Part shown: in pieces, positions 1 through 13,202 of the stretch | Layout of the letters: each line of letters begins with the position of its first letter | Position numbering within the stretch: the stretch's first letter is position 1 | Source of the DNA: Raja brachyura | Taxonomy: Eukaryota | Reading direction: 5' to 3' | DNA length: 64,000 nt | Assembly: GCA_963514005.1 (NCBI GenBank) | Contig: OY740821.1 | Span: 13,454,001 to 13,518,000 of the forward strand | The notes under the pieces: model-generated | Databases searched by the model: none | The model's input: the letters and a program-made list of their open reading frames with translations, nothing else | Told to the model about the DNA's origin: nothing | Made by a program: the position numbers and the translations under genes

Positions 1-1351
1 GTCTTTTGTAAAATTAACTAGGCTTTTTGAGATTTGCAATGAATAATGGGATGATATTAATTACCTTCCTATTGTATCATTTTCACGTAATATTATTTGG
101 AAATTGCAATTTAGGGAAGATTTTCTTCCATTTTGGATCCACGTTTAATTAAAATCGAAGGTTGTCTTCATGCATACTTCTAGATTTGCTGCAATATCTG
201 TTGGAATTTCTAGTGAGCCATTACTGTCATCCATTCTAGCCTCTCTCCTCTCAGGAAGCCTAGTCCACAAGTGGGCTCTAGATTTGCTGGCTGCTCTGTG
301 TTATGGTTGCTGATGTCGGACTGGGTGGCAGAGGAAGTGCGACCGTTGTCACCCTTAGCTAGAGAAAGGAAACCTGGTTGGGATTTTCATCCTGATCGCT
401 CTCCGGTAATCCCTGCTGCTGGAGGGAAGTCATCTGGTTTGATTACAATTCTTTGAGCTCATTCTTCCCATAGTCAAGTAAACAGTTAATTCTTTGCTTG
501 TGTATGAGCCTCAACAGAAAGGCCACTAAGGGCAAGGTAACAATGGGCTTGTGGTGCCCATTGAGCTGTACGCCAGTAGTGGTCAGCTTTGGGGAGATGG
601 TGGGATGGTGGTGGGTAGTGGGCTCGAGGTTTGGCAAAGCAAACTTCTCTAAAGTCACTCCAGTTAACAGCGTGAATACACTAAGTGTAAATAACGGTGT
701 GTACTCTAGAACAAAATGGAAATTGTGTAGCCTCATCACTTTATACTGAGTAATTAATTTTTTTCTGGAAACGTGTTGCCTGGCTGTATATTGGATCATG
801 TGGATGGTAAAGCTCGTCCTTTTTAAAAAATGAAATAATAAGCAACGCTTTCTCTTTCCTTTTTGAAGCTGAGCAACAGTGTACACTGGGTACTATTGGG
901 ACAAGGCTTATGTCGACAGGGCCTGTGGGGAGATCTGATGGGGACCAGTCCCCGTCGGCACAGAAACGTACCGCTACTCAAGCCTTCAGCCTACTTCCCA
1001 AACGCAGGAGCTCATCCAGGTAACGCAGGGGTGGAAATGCTCTGCCTCTTCAGCTAACCCACGAGCTCTTTTACACTTTGATTTATATTGCAGTGCCACT
1101 TCTACTTGAAACGGTTCTACAATATGTGTTGCTACCCCTGTCTTATTGAGTAACCTCCTCTGTGGGTCTCTCTTTATTGGTGGCGATGAGCTTTCCAGGC
1201 TGCTTGTGGGACTGGGGTGGTTGTGGCGAGTAAGAGTGGGAAGGATTCCACTCACTGCAGTATTTCCTTTTGCTGGTGCTAACTCATTCTGTCATCAGTA
1301 GCTCAAGCCTTCGAACACCTCACGCCAGACCATCTTGGCTGCACCACTTGT
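1..1351 (-). mobile_element. Possible degraded LTR retroelement/ERV 5' internal region
   Basis: On -: ACA-AG-TGGTGCAGCCAAGATGG (LTR end plus PBS-like), GTGAGT donor, long leader, broken frame from the ATG at 234 weakly like a gag matrix domain. Confidence 0.3.
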
Positions 1352-2851
1352 GATTTAACCCACTTTGAAGGTGGTGTTTTAACGCACACAGTTTTGTAAT
1401 ATTAAGTGATGTTCAGCGCTCATTCAGTCATCCACACAGAAAAACTGAGCAAGTATAGATGTTGTGCATTAAAGCCCAAGTCTTGGCATTCACAGAATTG
1501 TCGTACACATTGAGGGAAGGAATACTAATGAATGTCCAAGCTTTATGGCTTATTTTAGTAATCGATGGAAGCCATTTCATACTTCTGTAAAAAGAAACGA
1601 ATTAAAGGTTGCTCACTTATTTTGTTCTCCTCTTTCATCCACACTTTTCCCTGCCCCGAGCGTGCTATTTTTTTCTAATTGTTCAGTGGCGGTTAGCAGC
1701 CCTCTGTCACTCGAGTAACTGTTCTTCAAGGGTGAGACTGGATAGTGAGTGTTGTTGGACTGCTTGACCATAAAGCCTGGCCCTGTTCTCAGTCATTGTT
1801 CATATGCGTTGCAGAGTAGCAATCTGGAATGGGTGCACTTTTCTCTTTTGCACCTGGAGACCTATTCTAGTAACATAGGCCAAGCGTAGAATCCTCAGAA
1901 CTGCTCTGTCGGAGCACAATTATGCCAGTAGAAACCACATTGAACCTGGGCTTTTCACTGTCACACACAACAGCATCAGGATGAGTAGGGCTCCTGCAAG
2001 GACTCGACACAAGGCTCATCACCTCTATACAAATGCGTTCACAATCCAAATTTTTTTTCCAATGATAAATCCACAGGAGCGAACAAAGACAACTCTTACC
2101 CTGGGTGTGTGTAGATGTTGAATGCTGATGATTGCTGAAGTGTAAAGTCATCCGCCGGTGGTATTTTTGGGTGAAGTGGGTTTGTGAAATGAACTATTGG
2201 GAGTGGGGGGTTATGCTTTAGCTTTAACTTTATAGTTTATATAAGAAATAAAATTTTGAACAGATCTCCACTCCAAGGTAAGGGATGTTACTGCTAGGGA
2301 TTGAAGTATGTGTTTGTTAATTCTTCCAGTGTTGGCACCAAGAATGTTAAAGCTGTAGCTTAATCGGGAAATTGTTCCCTTGCTGCCCTCAGTGAATGTG
2401 GCGTAACTGCCTTTCCACTCTAAATCCCGAATTTGAAAGCGCACATTCACCGCTGTGAATGTTCTTTTTCTTATTACCCCTTGTTAACGATGGACTGTGA
2501 GCGGTTTAGTGCTGTGAACTCGCACTTCAGGAAGTGGCATGAGGTAATCTCAAATCCACTTCACATTTGCAGTTCTCAAAGAGAAGGCTTTTGCACCTTC
2601 AGTTTGGACTGCACCTTCGCCTGTTTCTGGCTTGAAGCACAGTGGTGCCAATGCACCATTAGGGTCCCCATACAGAGACCTGGGAGCAATTTCTTCCTTT
2701 TGATATTTGCTCTGATTTCAATCTCCGAATCAGCAGAAGTTCTGCGAACTGGAGCAAGTAGGCCAGCCGTCTAATTCCAACACTGCCTCTTTGTTCTGTC
2801 ACTTTCTTTTGCACCACCGACAGCAGATTCTTGCATTGTTCCCTTTTTCAG

Positions 2852-2990
2852 ATCCATAAAACGCAAGAAATTTGATGATGAGCTAGTTGAAAGCAGCCTG
2901 GCTAAATCTTCCACTCGGGCAAAGGGCCCAACAGGGATGGAACCCGCGCGGTACTCTGGCAGTGAACCATCATCCAATGAGAAGAAAAAA
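2852..2990 (+). CDS. MCRS1: MCRS1 (microspherule protein 1) coding exon, first one inside the window
   Basis: tttttcag acceptor; translates (R)SIKRKKFDDELVESSLAKSSTRAKGPTGMEPARYSGSEPSSNEKKK, matching the MCRS1 N-terminal region; donor GTAGGT at 2991. Confidence 0.95.
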
Positions 2991-3943
2991 GTAGGTATTA
3001 AATATAAATACACGAAAATGATGGGAAAATACTGCACGTTTGTTTAGATGTGGAAGTGCAAAACAATGAGAGTTTAAAGTTTGGTCATATTTATTGGCCT
3101 AAATAATAAATATTTTATTTTTCCTTCGATAGCCCTGGCATGCTTTTCTGTTTCCACTATCTTTTGGTTCTTATTTCAGACCCCCATCATCTTAATTTTT
3201 TTAATCTTGGTTGAAGAGAAGTAGTTGATAGGGAATTATTTTCTAAAGTTAGTGAATGCTTATATCCATTTGGGTAAGAGAAAGATAGGGTTTTGCTCTC
3301 TGTTGGGTATTTCTATTGAGCTAATGCATTGGCAATATGCTGAATCGTGCTGGCTCTATATTTGCTGTCTGCCAGTGGTTGAAGAGTGATAAATGACAAA
3401 AGTCAAAAGGACTGGGAACTGTGACCAATGCCCTGAACTTGACATTGTGTTAAAGTCTTCAGTTGTGCTATAACCCCACCTTGTTCTTCAAGCCATGAAT
3501 TGACAATGCTGATCATGTTTCCTGGAGCTCACTGCTCATGTGAACGATCAAATATTAACTGATGAATTAAAGGAAGCTGATGCTGAAATCAATGCTGGAT
3601 CCTCGAGCAGTGAAATAATGCAGGAGCTTCCTCCTTGTGATGCAAATGAGTTGTTTGCAGATTCAAGATGTGTTTGAATTGCCATTCCATGCAGCATGGA
3701 AGCAGGCCCTATGCCCACCGAGTCCACCCTAAGCATCAAGCACCCATTTACACTAATCCTCTGCTAATCCGATTTTTATTCTCCCTGCATTCTCATCAGC
3801 TCCACTGGTTTTTTCCCACTCGCCTACATTGTAGGGGTAATTTACAGTGACCAATTAACCTACCAACCAGAACACCTTTTGGATGGGAGGAAGCCAGAGC
3901 ACCCGGAGAAAATCCATTGGGTCACAAGGGGAATTTGTTGCAC

Positions 3944-4225
3944 TTCCCCCTTTCCTAATCTGACACCATTCAGATAATAATCTGCCTTCCTGTTCTTGCC
4001 AACAAAGTGGATAACCATTTATCCACATTATATTGCATCTGCCCACTCACCCAACTTATCCAAGTCACCCTGCAGTCTCATAGCATTCTCCTCGCAACTC
4101 ACCCTGCCACCCAGCTTTGTGCCATCTGCAAACTTGGAGATGTTACATTTAATTCCCTTGTCTAAACCATTAATGTAGAGTGTAAATAACTGGGGTCCCA
4201 GCACTGAGCCTTGCAGCACCCCACT
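3944..4225 (-). mobile_element. CR1 LINE RT fragment
   Basis: QGSVLGPQLFTLYIN...ISKFADGTKLGG...RLQGDLDKLGEWA. Confidence 0.85.
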
Positions 4226-4693
4226 TTGTTTAGGCCGTTAAACTCATTGGCTGTCAGGTCTAATAAAAGTCCCATGGTTCGGTTGTATTTCCCGGTGCTG
4301 ATTTAAAAAAAAAACTGTTTTATTCCTGTTGACACACAAACAAAATACTTGAAATTTGAAATCAAAACGGAAGACCTGCAGGGTACCTGCAGCATCATAT
4401 TTTGTTAATGTTTGAGGTCAATGGTCTTCCATCATGAAGATGTCAGTTGCCCTTAAACATTAGCTCTAACTTTCTTCACAGATGGTACTTGACCTGCTGA
4501 GTACATTCAACGTCTTCTGTTTTTATTGATTCCAATTGAGACTCTTTAACTATGGTGTATTTGTTTCTTGCCAATTGGATGACAAGTTGGTGGATAGGTT
4601 TTTCTGCATGGGAACTGATTATTTGAGCACTGGGCTAGTTGTAGAGGTTTCTGACCAATATTTAGCATGGCTCTTTTTATTTAAAAAAATCAG

Positions 4694-4837
4694 ATATCAA
4701 AATCCACCAGCGTGCCATTAGCTCCCAGCAGCATCATCAAACGACTAAAGAAAAGCAAGCAGCCACTACAAGTCACAAAGGATCTTGGACGATGGAAACC
4801 AACAGACGACTTGCTGCTAATAAATGCTGTTTTGCAG
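4694..4837 (+). CDS. MCRS1: MCRS1 coding exon
   Basis: ISKSTSVPLAPSSIIKRLKKSKQPLQVTKDLGRWKPTDDLLLINAVLQ; CAG acceptor with an A-rich tract, donor GTAAAG; 144 nt, phase 0-0. Confidence 0.92.
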
Positions 4838-5208
4838 GTAAAGTTTCAGAGATGGGAGGGGGGGGGCTGGTGGGGATTCAAGTGTCACAAATACTGTATC
4901 AAAGTAGCTACGCTGTACATTTTTAAAAAAATGATGCAATGAGACAATAATTACTTTAATCAGCTCTGTCTCCAACCTTTGGTATTTATTTTATTACAAC
5001 AGTCAACTTTAATCTGGACAAAGACAGAATTGCAGCTTGTGGGTCTCTGTTCTTGTCACTAGGTGGTGCCGCTGTATTGCTTTCAGTTTTGAGAAGTCTT
5101 GGTGAATTGAGATAATGGGACAATGGACCGTGTGGAATTAAAGATATTGACGAACAAAAATAGAAGGGAAGGGATTAAGGGAGAAATCAACCTATTGGAT
5201 TTAAAGTC

Positions 5209-5395
5209 GGAAGGAACTGCAGATGCTGGTTTGCAAGATGGTCACGAAATGCTGGAGTAACTCAGCGGGACAGGCAGCATCTCCAGAGAGAAGGAATGGG
5301 TGACGTTTCAGGTCGAGACCCATCTTCACACTGAGAGTCAGGAGAGGGAGTCTAGAGATATGGAGGGGTAAGGTGTGCAAATGGCAGATCAAAGG
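5209..5395 (-). repeat. Penelope-like terminal repeat copy
   Basis: Same family as 24620-24690; reads aaggaactgcagatgctgg...gggtgacgtttcaggtcgagaccc on +. Confidence 0.7.
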
Positions 5396-6002
5396 AATCG
5401 GAGTATTTTTAGACCAAAAGTGATATTTTTGTATAATTTGAATAAGTCAGAACGGAGGAATGAATGTGAGCCACATTATTTATGGTCTAAGATATGACTG
5501 ATTCTGTAATTCCAAGCCTAACCTGCTCCAGTTGCTTAATTTTAGCAGCAATTTTTTAGTATGTGATTTTTTTTCTTTGGCGAGCAGAAGAGTAGTTTTG
5601 TGAACTCTAACCCAAATAGCACGATGAAAGCACCATTGCTCTTAGCACTGCAAGACTTCAAGGAGGTGTCTCACTGCCATGCCCTCATCTATTTGTTAAA
5701 AAAAAAACAAGTGCATGTTTGACTAGATAGCAGAGTGTCTTCCTTCAGGTACAGTGGTGAAGCAGATGGATTTTAATGACAATCAAAATTTTCATGGTAT
5801 ACTTCATTGCCACTTTCAGTCCAGAGTATTTAATGAATTGAATTCAAATTTCAAGATCCCAGCTTGATTATTCCTCCCACAATTCCCGTGATAGATATGC
5901 AAGTAATGTTGACCATCTGTCCAGTGGTCTTAACACAGTGCATTTTCACAGTTAATATTGCTGTTGTCTTCAAGGGTCTGATGTTGTATTTTTGAATTGT
6001 AG

Positions 6003-6112
6003 ACAAATGACTTGACTGCAGTTCACCTCGGCGTGAAGTTCAGCTGCCACTTCATGTTACGGGAGATCCAGGAGCGTTGGTATGCACTCCTGTATGACCC
6101 TGTTATATCCAA
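6003..6112 (+). CDS. MCRS1: MCRS1 coding exon
   Basis: TNDLTAVHLGVKFSCHFMLREIQERWYALLYDPVIS(K); TAG acceptor, GTAAGT donor. Confidence 0.96.
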
Positions 6113-7778
6113 GTAAGTGAAATGATTCTGTTGAGCAGTGAGGCTTGCACATTTTGATTTTCATTTTTGCTCAAAGTATTTCTTTTGGGCTTTTATATAT
6201 TTTTTTTTAATGGGAATTTACAGTTTTTATTGAAACCTTTTGTTAAGAAAAATATCAGCTTCCAGTCTCTGTAAAGTACAACTGGATTGAAATTGATGGT
6301 CATCACATCCACATTTAGAATTTTTGCTCTGAATATTTACCACTGTCTACCCAGTCCCCACTATAACACCACTGATGACCACATCCAACAAACAAGCAGA
6401 GTTCACAGTGGTTCATGTGCATTCTTAAGCAACATGGACAGAAATGTCACTTCTGCTATACTGTTAACATATAGTTTAGTTTGTGTCACCAATAACATTT
6501 TTTTTACCCCCAAGTTTGTCTTTGGGTGCTTTCCTTTTCAACTTGTAATTGGTTGAACCTGAAAAATTCAAGCCAGAAGTATAAGAATGTATTTTTGTTG
6601 TTTCTTTTATTACTTGATTATTCTGATTGTTCTGTTCATCAATATTTGGGGTGCTGATGTTGAAGAATGGACCAATTTCATTTATTTGCACCGGTTTCCA
6701 CCTCCGGAGCAACGCACCTGTGGAACAAGGCTCTGCATTTTCTGCTTTGATGTCAAAAGGCCACCACGTGGAAAACTAGTGTCAATTCTTTCCTGAATGA
6801 AATGCCAATTTGTTCTGAAGTTGTGGCAGTTTTGTGAGATGGGCTTACATGTATTCAATGCAGCCAGCTTCCAACCATTAGATGCACATGTGTGATTGCT
6901 CTGGCCTTGCGTTCCTTTTAAACTTGGCTTTGATCATTTTCATTCTCCCCCCCCCCCCCCCCCGTGGTCGAGGCATTTTCTTCTTCCTTCCTTATTTCTC
7001 TTAGTGCCAAACAATTTTTATGATAAAGTAAGTTGCTGACTTGTACTTAGCTTTCAGTCAGTACTGGCAGAAGGTATTCGCGAGTGGGCAGGGCTGTGAT
7101 CAATTGGTGAAACAGAGCTCGGGCCCAAGTCCAGACGCCCTCCTCTGTGATACTCGGTCTCCTTTCCCACCAAGTTCTGAACTTGCATTTAAATCAAATC
7201 TGCCTCTGGTATAACTGTAAATTATGAGCATTGCGTTCATGAAAGTCAATGAGTGATTTATTGGAGTAAATAGTGAATCGAGCAGTGATCCTAGCTATTT
7301 ACTATTCCACAGATTACAGTTTCATCAATAAAAATGTAAATGTTACATATACAGGCAATTTTGTGCAATTTGCGAAAAGCAAATTATCACTTTTTGTGCA
7401 TTGAAACTCCTATATTTAATGTGAACCTAACAAAAGATCACTAGACTGCAACTAATATGATGTGGATAAGAAAGTTCAAGGTTGTATTGCGATTGTACGC
7501 TTTAGATATGTACAAATTGTTTGAGCTTTGCTCCATGTCAGCATAGCTTCTGGATTTCACAACTGCCTCTTTAACTCCTTCCACTCTCTCTATCACTTGA
7601 CTAAGAACAGTCTGAAAAAGGGACCTGACCCAAAATGTTGCCTGTCTATGTTTTCCAAAGATGCTGCCTTGCCTGCTGAGTGAATCCAGCACTTTGTATC
7701 TGTACTTGACAATGACTAATGGGAGACTTGTAATTGAAAGTTCACTCTAACCCGCTTGCCTGGTGTTTATTCTTTCAG

Positions 7779-7887
7779 ACTAGCGTGTCAGGCAATGAGA
7801 CAGCTTCACCCTGAAGCAATTGCAGCAATTCAGGCCAAGGCTCTCTACAGCAAGGCAGAAGAGCAACAGTTGGCAAAGATTGGATCG
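7779..7887 (+). CDS. MCRS1: MCRS1 coding exon
   Basis: LACQAMRQLHPEAIAAIQAKALYSKAEEQQLAKIGS; tctttcag acceptor, GTAAAC donor. Confidence 0.96.
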
Positions 7888-7940
7888 GTAAACCTTGCAA
7901 AAATCTCCAGAAGTCTGATTAAACTATCTTTTTAAATGAG

Positions 7941-8285
7941 TTTAGTTTATTTAATTGTCACGTGTACCAAAGTACAGTAAAAGGATTTTGTTGCGTGCCA
8001 GTCAGCAGAAAGACAATACATGATTACAATCAAGCCATTTACAGTGTATAGATACATGATAAGGGAATAACGTTTGGTGGAAGGTAAAGCCAGTAAAGTC
8101 CGATCAAAGATGGTCTGAGGGTCGCCAATATAGTAGTTCATGCTGCTCTCTAGTTGTGGTAGGATGATTCATTGGCCTGATAACAGTTGGGAAGAAACTG
8201 TCCCTGAATCTGGAGGCGTGCGTTTTCACACTTCTATACCTTTTGCCCGATGGGAGAGGGGAGAAGAGGGAGTGGCCGGGGTGGG
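7941..8285 (-). mobile_element. Rex1/Babar-like LINE 3' end
   Basis: HPGHSLFSPLPSGKRYRSVKTHASRFRDSFFPTVIR plus 3' UTR and (CTAAA) tail. Confidence 0.75.
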
Positions 8286-8854
8286 GGCAGTAGAGGGAAA
8301 TAATACTACCAACCCAAGAGTTAAAGTGCGTATTATATACATAATAATGCACACGATAAAGAGCATGCCACAAACCCATGGAGCAGTTCTGGTTCCATAC
8401 CTGCTCTGCTGAATTAGTGAAGTACAACAATCACAGCTGTTGGGCACTGTATTGTTCTATACCATAACAATGAAGAAAAGACATGCACAATCATGGTTTC
8501 TCACTGCTCTATGCAGTAAAGTACTGGGTGTCTGGGCAGGCATTGGATCAGGGTTTAATTTATGATACCCTCTTTTTATGCTTAAGACCTGGATGGTCTG
8601 CTATTCTCTTGGTTCCAAATAGAAGAGTAGAGCTTTAGATCTGCTGTTGAAGGATTGTTGGTGGGGCTGTTTCCAGCAATTCTTCACTTTAAGAAGTTTG
8701 GGGATATGGGAATAGTGTTTTTTGTATTTTCCAACTTCCAATGAATGTTGTAATAATACATTTCAACACAATCCGAACCTATTTGCATTGTTGAAATGTG
8801 CACATCTATCTGCTGTATTGTTTACCTTCTCTTTTATTTCTGTTTGGCCAACAG

Positions 8855-8993
8855 ACCAGTCAACCTACACTGGACACTTTTCAGGAGTTGCTGAACAAAC
8901 ACCCAAATGTTTTCTATCAGTCACGCACTGCCAAATCCCTTCAAGTTCACTGGCAGCTAATGAAACAGTACTACCTCTTAGAAGATCAAACGG
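8855..8993 (+). CDS. MCRS1: MCRS1 coding exon
   Basis: TSQPTLDTFQELLNKHPNVFYQSRTAKSLQVHWQLMKQYYLLEDQT(V); CAG acceptor, GTAAAA donor. Confidence 0.96.
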
Positions 8994-9768
8994 GTAAAAG
9001 CATATTGGCGATTTGATTGTTAAGTGGGAATAGCCATGAATCTGCTGCTTTCTGCATGCCCTCAATATATAGATGAACCCATCTGCTGATAAGAGACATT
9101 TTTTAAGTTGTTCCCAGTATATGCATTTCCCAAAGCCATTCAGTTTAACATGTTATGGTGTGCTGATGTGGGGGGTTAACCAAGGTAAATATTAAAAAGC
9201 AAGCTTCTTTCCATGGGTAGTGGACCCATTACGGTAGGGCAGCTATGATCTAATTAAATAATGGCAGAAGCTCGAAGGCTAGAGTAGCTTCCTCTATTGT
9301 CCTCGTAGTGCTCTATTGAATTGCACAAGTTAAGTCTCAGATTTGAGCGACGTCAGCAAAGTACAAGCAGGACAACCAACGCACCTGATTGCTCAGACTC
9401 ACGGAACAGGATCATGCTTGGCTCTGATCAGCATAGAGACCCAGAGCCAAGGTCCTTCACTGCCCTGGGCTAAAGAAAGTATAGACAGTGCCCCCTTTTC
9501 CATCTGCAGCCACGGGGTCATTGGCTGCTTCGACCTTGTGCTCTAGAATGGTTGCATGGGCCTTGTTACCTCTCCCTCCTGCCTAAATCCTCCTAGTGAT
9601 CACTCCTTTGGTAGCTCAGCTATTTTGTATAATATCTATACTTGCCTATCCCAAGTACTTTTGGATATTACAGTTCATTAAATAGGTTCAGTAAATATAA
9701 TGATCTGTCGTTGCTGATTATTTTACATTTGGGTGACTGCTACTTTTCTGACTGATTTTATTTTCTAG

Positions 9769-9844
9769 TCCAACCATTACCCAAAGGAGATCAAGTTCTG
9801 AACTTTTCTGATGCTGAAGACATGATAGATGACAGCAAGCTCAA
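9769..9844 (+). CDS. MCRS1: MCRS1 coding exon
   Basis: QPLPKGDQVLNFSDAEDMIDDSKL(K); ttttctag acceptor, GTAAGG donor. Confidence 0.96.
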
Positions 9845-10189
9845 GTAAGGGTTTGAATTTTTATATAGCACTGGACAATGTATGAATGTGATATTTATTG
9901 TCCTTTTATTTAATTATTTGCTCAATATTCCCCCTTAACGTTTGGAGAAACTAAATATCACTGAGGTAGGATGTAGCCTTTGCCCTTCTAGTACTTGATT
10001 TTGAACCAAGTTGGAAAAAATGGTTTGCATTTGGATATGGGTTTAAATGAGGAATAAGTTCATAAGTGATAGCAGCTGAATGAGGCCATTCGGCCCATCA
10101 AGTCAAGTCCACTCCGCCATTCAATCACGGCTGATCTATCTCTCCCTCTCAACCCCATTCTCCTGCCTTCTCCCCATAACCCCTGATCG

Positions 10190-10735
10190 CAAACAATGAT
10201 GAGACAGAAAACAGAAAGGAGATAGAGAGTTTAGTAACATGGTGTCAAGACAAATGTAAGCAAAATGAAGGAGCTGGTCATCATCTTCAGGAGGTGTGGT
10301 GGGATACACACCCCAGTCTGCATCAATCGTACTGAAGTGGAAATGGTCGAGTGCTTTAAATTCCTAGGTGTAAATTACACCAACAATTTGTCCTTGTCCA
10401 TCCACATCGACGCTGCACCTAAGTACGCCAAAGACTGCAAGAAATGGCAGCCCAGTCCATCCAGTAAACCAGCCTTCCCACCAATCAACTCCATCTATAA
10501 TTCACATTGCTTTGGGAAAGCAGCCAACATAATCAACCATAATATCTTCTGAATTCCTGATCTTCCAGTCTACCTTGTTGCAGACCTTGAACTTTCTTAT
10601 CTGCACTTTCTCTATCCTTGCACTCCGTTTATTTTGTCTTTTGCACTACCTGATGTACTTGTGTAGGGTATGATTTGGTTGGATAGCATGTAATATCACT
10701 GTATCTTGTTGCAAGTGACAATAGTAAACCAAAGC
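10190..10735 (+). mobile_element. Rex1/Babar-like LINE fragment (degraded)
   Basis: KELVIIFRR...PVCINRTEVEMVECFKFLGV..TNNLS. Confidence 0.65.
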
Positions 10736-10779
10736 TAATGCCAGAATGTTGGATGATCTTTTCTTTTCTCCTTCCCTAG

Positions 10780-10808
10780 GGAAACAAGAGATGATGTCCT
10801 GGAACATG
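10780..10808 (+). CDS. MCRS1: MCRS1 29-nt microexon
   Basis: ETRDDVLEH (human DMRDEVLEH); long polypyrimidine tract plus TAG, GTAAGT donor; phases 2 and 1 fit both neighbouring exons. Confidence 0.93.
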
Positions 10809-11649
10809 GTAAGTTGCCTGTCTTCAGTTTGTGGTGACCAAATGTTTGCTGAGGTAAGCTGATTATGGAAAGAGCCATTAGGTGGTCGAGAGTCCAAGCT
10901 GAGTACAGATTCAAGACTTTTCTGCTCAACTCATTCAACCTTAAGTTCAATTCTTTGAAATATTTTGCAAGTCATTTGTATTTTCCTGAGTTTACCTTTG
11001 TCGTAGAAGATATTTGCATTGTAGTCTAAATTTGTAATTCTGCTGCACTGTGATGTAAGTGGAACCGTGACAGTCTTGTCAATCCCAGCATCTGATTTGC
11101 ATCTCTAGATATCATGCGTCTAGCTGGAGAGTATAATTGATATCTAGCTGTAGGGTTTGACATTTATGGGAGCTGTGTGCGGTATAAGTCATTGAAATAG
11201 TGTTTTAAAGTGAACACTTTCATATCTTTCAATTGATAATGAATATGCCCGAAAGGCAAATGCAGGACTGATTTTGGAATATTCCCAACTCCATCTGTTA
11301 AATCAGTATTAAAACTTCTGGACAGGGAAGCAAAAGTCTCGAATGCTAAGGTGGAGGCAAGGAGAAAGTTTTTAAAATTCAGTCTGGATGAAGGGACTGA
11401 ATGACTTGCCGTCAATGTTACTTTGGTCAGTTTTGTGCTGTGATCTTGATGCATGTTGTGGGTAGGATTTACTACACGTGAAATGTCAATTGACATTTGT
11501 TTGCAATGTAAATCCAGCATCATGACCATGTCCGCCCTTCATGGTGTTGGATACAAATGAGCCAATTTGTGTTCTGCATGAAAATGTGTCGTCGTTTGCT
11601 TTGGCCTTATTGCTTCCTCTTTGTAATTCTGCTTATGTTTTTACCACAG

Positions 11650-11742
11650 AGCTCACTCTAGCAGACCGACGGCAGAAACGAGAGATCCGGCAGCTGGAGC
11701 AGGAGCTTCCAAAGTGGCAGGTTCTGGTCGACAGTGTAACAG
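11650..11742 (+). CDS. MCRS1: MCRS1 coding exon (coiled-coil region)
   Basis: (E)LTLADRRQKREIRQLEQELPKWQVLVDSVT(G); CAG acceptor, GTGATG donor. Confidence 0.96.
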
Positions 11743-13119
11743 GTGATGATTAAACTGTGTCCCGAGTTAACATTTCAGGTTGGAGATCCTTTGTCAGAGT
11801 TCGGACATGAAACATTAACTCTCTACCCCTCTCTGCAGATGTTACTGACCATTTGAGCGTTTCTGTTTTCAGTTTAAATTTTCTTCAACAATGTCACATT
11901 GGCTTCACTGAACTAGATGGTTTTTGAGCAGACTGCAGACTGCAATGAAGCATTACTGAGAACACTTAAAATGTGGTCAACCATATAACCATAACCATAT
12001 AACCATATAACTTGTGTATGAACTGGAGGCACAACTGATCCACAAAAAAAATGACATGAGAACCGAGGACTTAAGTTACATTTGATATAGGAATTTCAAT
12101 ATTTATCGTATTTGTATTTCAATTTCAGAATGTTATGTTCTCTTCAGAAAACTTGCTATTCTGGAGTCCCACTACACTAACCGTTTAGTGCTACATGTTT
12201 AAGAATGCCCAGTAGAATTGTCACAAAGAAGCTCCTTCACATTGATCACCAATTCCTGGGTGCAAAGGCAAGCTGCCGCTGATCTATAACAAAGTCTCAA
12301 AAATGAGATTTCTGGATTCTTATTTGTAGTTTGACACCATCTTATCAAACTCTGATATACCATGTTTTGCCCTGAACAATATTATATAAAAACTCAAGTT
12401 TGCATATATTTCAAGATGGAGAAAAATGTGATATAATATGGAGATAGAAATACTGCATTTAAAACAGCTGAAATTTATAACATTTTTCAGATGGTTAATA
12501 TATAAAGTTCCAGTGCTTGCCACTGATTGGCAAACAATAGTTTTTTTTAATAGTGTTCTCAGTAAGTGGAGAGAAGCTGAAAATCGTAACTCCTGTGCTT
12601 TTCCAGATGCAGTTTATAGTTGAAATGAGTGCCAACTTAAAAAAAAAAAAATGCACATCGCAAAGAAATCTTCCTGCTGACTGTATGGAATTCATCTCTT
12701 TGATTGTAACTTGTTTGCAGAACCATTAGATTTCTTAGAAGAATAACTGTTGGGAAGAAATGTTTTTGGTCCACCAGTCCAAGAATTGTAAATTGGGAAA
12801 TAGTTTTTAACATAATTAAAACTAGCTCATTCTGTTAACTGTGGTTTACAAGGCTATTTTACAATAAAATACCTTAATCTCCCAAATGATTGTTTACACT
12901 AGGCTTTGGTTTGAGGTGGGAAAACAAATCTTATTTTGTTGTGCGAGTAATGAGGTAATCATGATTAATTTTTTTTAAAATTTCTCACAGTAATATTCAT
13001 ACTTTTTAAAAAGTTTGCTTTTTATTGGGGATATTAAGAATTGTTCATTGTGTTCATAAAGACTATGGTCACTACTATGATGACCTAATTGACTAAATTA
13101 ACTGATTTGGTTTCTTAAG

Positions 13120-13202
13120 GTATCAGCTCTCCCGATTTTGATAACCAGACGCTGGCTGTTTTACGGGGGAGAATGGTCCGATACTTGATGAGGTCTCGAG
13201 AG
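13120..13202 (+). CDS. MCRS1: MCRS1 coding exon
   Basis: ISSPDFDNQTLAVLRGRMVRYLMRSRE; AAG acceptor, GTACGG donor. Confidence 0.95.

Noticed and set aside
1-886. Resemblance to a hepadnavirus core (INCLL) and terminal protein (DPKWKKIFP...KPS*FY) on the - strand
   Set aside because: Only a few short motif matches across frameshifts, no priming GLY motif, and the same stretch fits a gag-like reading equally well. A profile search would be needed.
977-1312. 11-nt direct repeat ctcaagccttc (977-987 and 1302-1312) as a DR1/DR2 pair
   Set aside because: One 11-mer repeat in about 1.4 kb is not unlikely by chance.
11979-12011. (ATAACCAT)n short tandem repeat
   Set aside because: Ordinary microsatellite or LINE-tail remnant with no associated structure.
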